Positions 17,991-24,607 of a stretch of DNA of 36,578 bases are shown here, piece after piece. A program made the translations under genes and the position numbers. Each line of letters begins with the position of its first letter. The stretch's first letter is position 1. Source of the DNA: Minisyncoccia bacterium (GTDB lineage Bacteria; Patescibacteriota; Minisyncoccia; UBA6257; JAVHQB01); NCBI GenBank assembly GCA_049299915.1, contig JBAQYG010000018.1:1-36578 (forward strand). Direction: 5' to 3'. The notes beneath the pieces were generated by a model that was not told the DNA's origin, did not search any database, and worked only from the letters and a program-made list of their open reading frames with translations.

Positions 17991-18864
17991 GACGTTTTTT
18001 AGCTAAAATGGCACAACCAAATGTTATTGCTAGTCCTAATAACAAAACCCACCAAGGTTTTAAACAAGTACTGCAAGTATTCCCCCCTAGACATAATAAA
18101 GAAGCTAAGAAAGAATTTATTCCTAATGATAATAATTTGGTTTTGCAGGAAGAAAGTTCTTGCTCTGTAGCTGCGCCTAAAATCAGCCCAGGAATAGTTG
18201 TAGTAGTAACATTATTAGTATTTTGAGTCCCTCCTAGTGTACCTCCTTCTTGTACTATTCCCTCTTCTAAGGGCTCACTTTCAGTAGTGATACCCTCTAC
18301 CCGACCGGGTTCAGTGGTAACAGTGGTTGTGCTTGAATAACCCCCACCGCCACCACCAGAAGTATAAGTTTGTTCATCAGAAGTGTTGTCATCATAACCA
18401 GTAATAGAAATATCAAAACCCAAGTGTTTCCCTTGATACTCATTTCCAGAGTTAGGATCAAAGTGAATAATATAATCATATTGAGTTGGAACTCCCCCTG
18501 TAGCCAAATTCGGAAGAGATAGATTACCTATATTAAAAAAATGGGAAAGAGTGCCGTTATAAAAAGAAGTGCTGCCATTTTTAATTTCCAAATTCAAAAT
18601 GCTACCCAAACCTTCATCATCAATTACATTTGTTGCTTTGGTTACTATCTTCAAAGGATTAGTGGTATTGTTTGTAATTTTTATCCAACGGGTAACATTG
18701 TCTCCGGGTAAAAAGTTGGCTTCATTAAACAAGGACAATGGTGGTTCATTTTCAAATTGAACCGCAAAATTAGCGATGTCGGCCTGGACAGGCTCAGCAA
18801 ATAAAAGACCAATGCTAAAAATGGCTGTTAAAGAAATTAAAATAGTTTTTAATGCTTTATTCAT
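17974..18864 (-). CDS. Secreted TasA-fold-like protein with Gly/Thr linker, Cys-rich segment and C-terminal TM anchor
   Basis: The likely start is MNKALKTILISL at 18864, 7 nt after the preceding stop; the tracked ORF extends to 18903. Signal peptide ...AEPVQA. The LFNEANFLPGDNVTRWIKITNNT and QGKHLGFDISI blocks resemble TasA/camelysin strands. The end reads CLGGNTCSTCLKPWWVLLLGLAITFGCAILAKKRHEKYD. Confidence 0.6.
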   Translation of the reverse strand: MNKALKTILISLTAIFSIGLLFAEPVQADIANFAVQFENEPPLSLFNEANFLPGDNVTRWIKITNNTTNPLKIVTKATNVIDDEGLGSILNLEIKNGSTSFYNGTLSHFFNIGNLSLPNLATGGVPTQYDYIIHFDPNSGNEYQGKHLGFDISITGYDDNTSDEQTYTSGGGGGGYSSTTTVTTEPGRVEGITTESEPLEEGIVQEGGTLGGTQNTNNVTTTTIPGLILGAATEQELSSCKTKLLSLGINSFLASLLCLGGNTCSTCLKPWWVLLLGLAITFGCAILAKKRHEKYD

Positions 18865-18871
18865 ATATCTT

Positions 18872-21136
18872 TTATTCGCTTGGAATAATTTCACTACCTT
18901 CAACGATATCGTTAACGCTTATTTCTGAAACTAATTTGGCTTCAATAATTGGTTGGCTCTCAATAATTGGGCTGATTTCATCAACAGGGGGCACATCAAG
19001 AACTGGGGCAACTGGTTCTTCTACAATGACCATCGTTTCCTCTGTAACGGGCTCCGTAGTCGTTGTCGTTGTAACCTCTACTGGAATTGTAGTGGTTGTA
19101 GTAGAATTTGTTTCTTCAATTAAAGATTCAATAGTAGTTGTAACGAGCTCCTCTAATGGTACATCTATTTCCGGAATTGTAGTTGTAGTTGTGGTTGTGG
19201 ATATGATTCCTTCAAGTAAGAGTGAACCAATAGTTATTGGCTCTTCTTCGGTTATTTTATTAAGTGTTCCTGGGGTAGGAATAGGATCTTGCCAAGCACC
19301 TATACCATCAGGAATTCTGGCATAAGATTTATTACCAGGAATTTCTGACGGGCAACTGCCTAAACCAGTTTCATTATTAGCAGTATCTGGGGTTGGCTCT
19401 AAAGTACAATAGGTTGATAAGTTATACGAATAAGAATCTATTAAATTATTTAGATTATCGTAGAGCGAAACGGTATCATTATTGTTATTTAATGTTTCCC
19501 CATTCATATATACTACTATCCAATCACCAGAATTAATAGTGGTAATCCCGGTATTAGTATTGGCAGGAGTTATATATTTAATATTTCCCTCTATGTCTTT
19601 AATGTACCAGCCAGCTAAATCCACTGTAGAACCACTCGCTTTATTGTAGATTTCTACCCATTCTCCTTTGGGCATTAAATCGTTATCTTCTCCGAAATCA
19701 AAACCGTATTCAAAGCCACTGGGATTAGGTAAAAATTCATTTAGAACAATATTCTCTGAAGCAGTACCTGCTAGATAGGTCACTACAACTTCTTGCAATA
19801 TTGGTGTCTGGGTTATATCTGTAGTAGTCAAAGTAGTTCTCCATTTAATATGGGTAGTCTCTGGTAAGCTAGTCAAATCAATAGACGAACTGCTCGATCC
19901 TAATATCCAATTAGACCAGGTAGTACCATCATTAGAGGTAGCCACTTCTAGAGTAATATCGGTACCAGTTGGTAATGTTTCTATCCAACTCAATTGTTGC
20001 CATCTCTTAATCGCTCCAGCATCAAATATTTGTGATTCAAATATACCAGGAGAATTGTTATAGGCTGGAGCAGAATAAACCATCATTTCCAAGACACCTG
20101 GCTGGCCATTATCGTCAGGAATATAAAGACGAACATATCTAGCATTCACTGTTGAGAAAGTATAGGTTAATGGCCCAGCATTATTATTGCCAGTTACGTT
20201 AGCCACAATGGATTGTTCTCCACCAAAAGCTCCTGTTTGACTTGTTTCCAGTGTGAAAGTATTTGCTATATGTGTGGGATTATCTTTGAAATACAAAACA
20301 ATTTTGTTGATATTATAAGAATTACCTAAATCTACTTTAAGCCAAGCATCCCCATTGCCAGTCCCCTTCCAATAACTATCATTGCTACTAATATCTCCGT
20401 CAAAAGCCTTGCCTGGAGTATGAGTGCTATCAGATGAATCGGCTGTAGCTGCAGCATTATAAGCTAGATTATTACCACCTCCACTACTTAATAGAACTAT
20501 ATTACCTGGATTAGAACTAGTATCAACATTAGTTCCAATACCAGCATTAAAGTCTTCTGGAGTGGTTTGAATCCAACTCCCCGATTCTATTACCCAACTA
20601 CCAGAGGTTACAGTATTAGAAATTTTTTCTTGGTCAGAAAAACCAATTCCACCCGTTTGTAATCCACTAAAGATAAAGTCAAAAGTACAAGTTTGATTTT
20701 GTAAAAGAGGGTCACTACTAGTTAGATTAGTAGTAAATATCCAATCTTCGGGAGCGGTCATTTCGTCTTTACTATAGGTGAAATCTTGGAGGGTGCCAGT
20801 ATAGCCAACATCTATCCCACCCAAACTAGCTTTTAGCTCTAAATAATTACAAAGGTCTCCTATTAAATTATCTACTTTTATTTTGTATTGAAAATTTAAA
20901 TTACCGTCGTTTACGACTCCAATCGTTTCGGTAGAAAGATTGGTCGGTATAATATTGGGTGAAAAATTAGCTTGTTGATTTAAAGAAAAATCTAAGGTTG
21001 CCGCAGTATAACTATTACTTAAAGAAGTTTCGGTATCATTAAAATAAGCGATAGTCTCTATCACTGCCGAAAGACCGGTCCAATTCAGACCGACTATCAG
21101 GGCTATTGCTATAATTTTAATAAAAGATTTTCTCAT
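18872..21136 (-). CDS. SipW-signal/TasA-like N-domain protein fused to F5/8 type C (discoidin) and lamin-tail (LTD) domains
   Basis: The signal ...IETIAYFNDTETSLSNSYTAATLDFSL is SipW-cognate type. Discoidin block: AFDGDISSNDSYWKGTGNGDAWLKVDLGNSYNINKIVLYF...ARYVRLYI. LTD block: IVLNEFLPNPSG...GEWVEIYNKASGSTVDLAGWYIKD...NDTVSLYD. The tail is Thr-rich and acidic. Confidence 0.7.
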   Translation of the reverse strand: MRKSFIKIIAIALIVGLNWTGLSAVIETIAYFNDTETSLSNSYTAATLDFSLNQQANFSPNIIPTNLSTETIGVVNDGNLNFQYKIKVDNLIGDLCNYLELKASLGGIDVGYTGTLQDFTYSKDEMTAPEDWIFTTNLTSSDPLLQNQTCTFDFIFSGLQTGGIGFSDQEKISNTVTSGSWVIESGSWIQTTPEDFNAGIGTNVDTSSNPGNIVLLSSGGGNNLAYNAAATADSSDSTHTPGKAFDGDISSNDSYWKGTGNGDAWLKVDLGNSYNINKIVLYFKDNPTHIANTFTLETSQTGAFGGEQSIVANVTGNNNAGPLTYTFSTVNARYVRLYIPDDNGQPGVLEMMVYSAPAYNNSPGIFESQIFDAGAIKRWQQLSWIETLPTGTDITLEVATSNDGTTWSNWILGSSSSSIDLTSLPETTHIKWRTTLTTTDITQTPILQEVVVTYLAGTASENIVLNEFLPNPSGFEYGFDFGEDNDLMPKGEWVEIYNKASGSTVDLAGWYIKDIEGNIKYITPANTNTGITTINSGDWIVVYMNGETLNNNNDTVSLYDNLNNLIDSYSYNLSTYCTLEPTPDTANNETGLGSCPSEIPGNKSYARIPDGIGAWQDPIPTPGTLNKITEEEPITIGSLLLEGIISTTTTTTTIPEIDVPLEELVTTTIESLIEETNSTTTTTIPVEVTTTTTTEPVTEETMVIVEEPVAPVLDVPPVDEISPIIESQPIIEAKLVSEISVNDIVEGSEIIPSE

Positions 21137-21146
21137 TCTATCTATA

Positions 21147-21731
21147 TTAATCCTTGTCTTCTTTTAATTTATTAATTTCGTCTTTTAATTTAATTATTTC
21201 TTTATCCTGTTCGCTGTCTTTTTTCTTGTTTTTTAACTTAGAAACTTCTTGCCAGATATTTTTAATCTCATCCCCCACTATAATAAGGGCTGGGATAGCA
21301 ATAACTAAGATAAATCCTAATGGCTGTTTGGCAAATTCAACTGCATATCCTAAGTAAGGAACGAAAAATAAAACTTTTCCCAATATATCCCTCTTAGAAA
21401 TCTCTCTTAAATCTTGAGCGTTATTAGCATCTCCCTTAGTAATGTAAACTGATTGACCATCTAGGGTTTTAATCTCAAAAATTCTATGAGTTGTTGGCGC
21501 TTTTGTTTTGCTGTATGGTCCAAAAGTTATTATGTCCCCAACTTTATAATCTTTGATTGGTTTTATCATTACTACGCTGCCCGTTTTAATGGTTGGCTCC
21601 ATTGAGCCTGACTGCACTACCATAAGCTTTATATTCCCAGGTACAGGAATGGCAGAAACAACCAATAGAATAGTAACGAAGCCAATAAATCCAAGTCCGA
21701 TGTAATAAATTATTTTCAGTGTTTTTTTCAT
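21147..21731 (-). CDS. sipW: Signal peptidase I, SipW/archaeal-ER type (S26B)
   Basis: N-terminal TM, VVQSGSMEPTIKTGSVVMIKP (catalytic Ser), APTTHRIFEI (His), KGDANNAQD, a second TM, and a charged Lys/Glu tail. TasA-like genes flank it on both sides. Confidence 0.8.
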   Translation of the reverse strand: MKKTLKIIYYIGLGFIGFVTILLVVSAIPVPGNIKLMVVQSGSMEPTIKTGSVVMIKPIKDYKVGDIITFGPYSKTKAPTTHRIFEIKTLDGQSVYITKGDANNAQDLREISKRDILGKVLFFVPYLGYAVEFAKQPLGFILVIAIPALIIVGDEIKNIWQEVSKLKNKKKDSEQDKEIIKLKDEINKLKEDKD

Positions 21732-21867
21732 CAGTTAATTTTTAAGATTTCATCCCCCATCCCCCTCACGCCAAAGAAGTTTAATTTCATCTCTAAACCT
21801 ATTTGGTGTAAGGGGGAATCCCTCACACTTTTATTTACTTATCTAAAACAAATGAACTAATCACTAA

Positions 21868-23142
21868 CTACTTGGGATTAGTAGCGGTGATGCAAGAGAA
21901 ATCTGGTTGATTTCTGAATTGTTCTGCTCTTAGGAGTAGGTCAGCTGTGACCTTATCACTTTGAGAAGAATTATCCATAGAAGAACCATCGCAAGTAATA
22001 GTGTTTCCATTAATTGTTTGTGTTCCTGCGCACCAAGCCAAACCAATATAAACCTTAGTATTGCCTGGTAATTTAGCACCCGCCAGTGTTAGAGAATCAT
22101 ACAAAGGAATCATTGAACCATTGGTTAGGGTATAAGAACCGAGCGAACCTTCACCCGAATCATACACTCCATCACCATTGGTATCTCTCCACATAAAAAT
22201 GTGAAGGTTTTGGCCTAATTCGCCAGCTGGCGAAGTATCCGGAATAAGCATTTCTAATTCTGGCTCAGTTAATGATATTTCCTCATTAACTACATTTTCA
22301 GTAGATAGACATACCCAAGAATCATTATTATCAACTGTTAGGCTTATAACATTGGTTCCACTATCCCCTGGCTTCACATCATTCAAATTAAAGAATTTCT
22401 CATTTGTAAGATCTTTGGAATCCCAAAGTTGGCAATTCTCTTTGAAATAATCATCTTCGCAATTACCATCAATTACTAGCTTATAAATAAGTCCACCCGG
22501 GTTATCCCATGTTTGACCTACTGGCCTTAACCAATTTTTAACTACAAAACGTAGGGTATTATTCCCCTGGTGAATGGCGCTTGAGATAGTAGTTCCAGAA
22601 TACGTATCTTGTCCTCCGGCATTATAATTCTGTTCTGTATTATCTCCGACAATATAGACATCATTTAGATAGATTTCATAACTATTATCCGTGCCAATAC
22701 TAAGTTGCAATGTTGCATCTGTAATCGGACCATACCAGATAAAAGTTTTTTCAAAAGTATAAATTGTATCTATACCGTATTCATCTACTGGAGTAGGATC
22801 TGTCCACCAGATCCAATTAGCACCAGGAATACTGGCTGTCCAGGCGGGATTCGGATTAGTTACTGTAACAGCTGGGTGTGGAAATGGTCCTGTGTCTAGT
22901 CCATTATCACTTTTTGCCGTTACTTGATTAGATGTATCACTTACGACTGTTACATCGCAAGTCTTACAATCCGCACCATTATAGGTTTGTTTTGTATGGT
23001 CAACTTTCAAATCCAAGGAACCAGCAACTAAGATATTGTCAGCAGAAGTCTCTGTATCGCTGAAGTAAGCGACGGTTCCACCAATGGCAAAAGCTGCCAC
23101 TATTCCGATTACGCTCAAACTGATTAATATTTTTTTATTCAT
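21868..23142 (-). CDS. TasA/camelysin-like protein 1 with inserted beta-sandwich domain
   Basis: The likely start is MNKKILISLSVIGIVAAFAIGGTVAYFSDTETS at 23142; the tracked ORF starts at 23178. It carries AGSLDLKVD, FFNLNDVKPGDSGTNVISLTVDNNDSW and a C-terminal ...DLLLRAEQFRN. A ~170-aa insertion (ANWIWW...TFEKTF...ATLQLSIGTDNSYEIYLND) looks like a galactose-binding-like jelly roll. Confidence 0.7.
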   Translation of the reverse strand: MNKKILISLSVIGIVAAFAIGGTVAYFSDTETSADNILVAGSLDLKVDHTKQTYNGADCKTCDVTVVSDTSNQVTAKSDNGLDTGPFPHPAVTVTNPNPAWTASIPGANWIWWTDPTPVDEYGIDTIYTFEKTFIWYGPITDATLQLSIGTDNSYEIYLNDVYIVGDNTEQNYNAGGQDTYSGTTISSAIHQGNNTLRFVVKNWLRPVGQTWDNPGGLIYKLVIDGNCEDDYFKENCQLWDSKDLTNEKFFNLNDVKPGDSGTNVISLTVDNNDSWVCLSTENVVNEEISLTEPELEMLIPDTSPAGELGQNLHIFMWRDTNGDGVYDSGEGSLGSYTLTNGSMIPLYDSLTLAGAKLPGNTKVYIGLAWCAGTQTINGNTITCDGSSMDNSSQSDKVTADLLLRAEQFRNQPDFSCITATNPK

Positions 23143-23279
23143 ATAATTTAGCAAAATCATGCTAGACATAACATTCACATCATGCTAAGCATGGTCTAGT
23201 AGGACCATGCTTGGGCATAATTGTGGTGTTTTTGTCGTTATTATTAACGACCTTTGATTACTTTTTAAGCTTTATATTT

Positions 23280-24386
23280 TTAAACCTCTTTAGCTGTAAA
23301 TGTTGCCCAATCTAAGTACCAAAGTTGTTCGGCTCCAAAGTGAATAGCCATCTTTATTTCATTTGTTCCGCATTTGGTAACAGTTGTTGTTTGATATTTG
23401 GGAACATTAATATTGGAGTATAGATTTCCAACCAATTGACCATTAAGTGGCCCCTCTGAGATCATGATGTTTGACAATCCTGGTACATCACTACCAGAAG
23501 CTCCGTCTATAGCAAAGTCAAAATAGGCGGGAGAGTACGTAGGATTATGTAACGTGAAATCTATACATAATCCTTTTATTTCTTGTGTATACCAAGGTTT
23601 ATCAAGAGAAACTGTATTGAGCACATTTTGTTCAGATGGATCCGTTAATACAAATGCATATTCTTTAATACATTTAAAACTATCATTATTTCTCGCCTGA
23701 ACAACATTGAAACTAATATCGCCAGTCATACTATCTGTCTGTACAGCATTACCCGTCTCAGCTGGAAGAGTCCAGCCAACACCTAGACAAGTGGTAGTAC
23801 CACCTAGTAACGCACTGCCAGTAGTTGAATCATAAAGTGGTAAGACACCATTTACTGGATGGCCAGATAGCAAAATTGTTTCATCATCTTGATGGATATT
23901 ATCACATTTACCAGTTGGCTCTCCTCCATTAGGGTTTGCTACTCCATCATCTTTCCAGATAGTGAATACGAGATTATCCTGTAATTCACCAACGCTGTCT
24001 ACTGCACACTGGGGTTCTGCCTCTAATTCTGGGTCATTGCAGCTATTCTCTGCACTCGTCAAATTCTTAACTTCGGCACAAACCCAAGCATCATTGTTAA
24101 TAACATGTAAGCTTATAGTATCTTCTCCAATATCACCTGGTTTAACATCGGCAAAATTGAAGAATTTATCAGCTGTGGGAATTAAGTCTTTCTCTTGCCA
24201 TGTTGCACTATCAACTATTACACCATTATAAGTGGCTTTACTATCAATTTTCAAATCAATAGCCCCAGCAGTAAAAGTATTGCCGGTGGAAGTTTCCGTA
24301 TCGCTGAAGTAAGCGACGGTTCCACCAATGGCAAAAGCTGCCACGATTCCTATTACGCCCAAACTAAGAATAATTTTTTTGTTCAT
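23280..24386 (-). CDS. TasA/camelysin-like protein 2
   Basis: MNKKIILSLGVIGIVAAFAIGGTVAYFSDTETSTGNTFTAGAIDLKID (compare B. subtilis TasA ...GGGTWAAFND...GTLDL), FFNFADVKPGDIGEDTISLHVINNDAW, and GDISFNVVQARNN. Confidence 0.75.
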   Translation of the reverse strand: MNKKIILSLGVIGIVAAFAIGGTVAYFSDTETSTGNTFTAGAIDLKIDSKATYNGVIVDSATWQEKDLIPTADKFFNFADVKPGDIGEDTISLHVINNDAWVCAEVKNLTSAENSCNDPELEAEPQCAVDSVGELQDNLVFTIWKDDGVANPNGGEPTGKCDNIHQDDETILLSGHPVNGVLPLYDSTTGSALLGGTTTCLGVGWTLPAETGNAVQTDSMTGDISFNVVQARNNDSFKCIKEYAFVLTDPSEQNVLNTVSLDKPWYTQEIKGLCIDFTLHNPTYSPAYFDFAIDGASGSDVPGLSNIMISEGPLNGQLVGNLYSNINVPKYQTTTVTKCGTNEIKMAIHFGAEQLWYLDWATFTAKEV

Positions 24387-24496
24387 ATTCTTATATTAAA
24401 TTATTAATATTTTAATTTTTGAAATTTATATTTTTGAAATCTTAATTACTAGATCGACCAAACCTCATAATTAAAATTCCAAACAAACAACTAACT

Positions 24497-24560
24497 AAGG
24501 TCTTAAGACCTTAGTGGTTACCCCTACAACTGGAGGGTAATAAGGATAACCACTAAAGCC
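24497..24560 (-). repeat. Hairpin repeat, copy 1 (between the adhesin stop and TasA-like 2)
   Basis: The 51-nt core at 24509-24559 is identical to 27950-28000 except for 1 nt. The RNA GCUUUAGUGG-UUAUCCUUA-UUACCC-UCCAGUUGUAG-GGGUAA-CCACUAAGG folds into a long hairpin with an asymmetric bulge. A second small hairpin, AAGGUC-UUAA-GACCUU, follows. Confidence 0.8.
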
Positions 24561-24607
24561 TTAAGGAGGATAGGGGTCAGAATGGACCTCTATCCCCTTT
24601 AAAGATT

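Noticed and set aside
19020-19210. Short tandem ACN-codon repeats (also about 24730-24790 and 25205-25260) as possible CRISPR or satellite repeats
   Set aside because: They are in-frame Thr-rich linkers within coding sequence. There is no repeat-spacer periodicity.
18852-19325. 157-aa plus-strand ORF rich in V/S/T/G runs (…SVVVVVVTSTGIVVVVV…)
   Set aside because: It is the antisense reading of the Thr/Glu-rich linker (ACN/GAA repeats) of the 754-aa minus-strand gene. It has no independent coding signal or start context.
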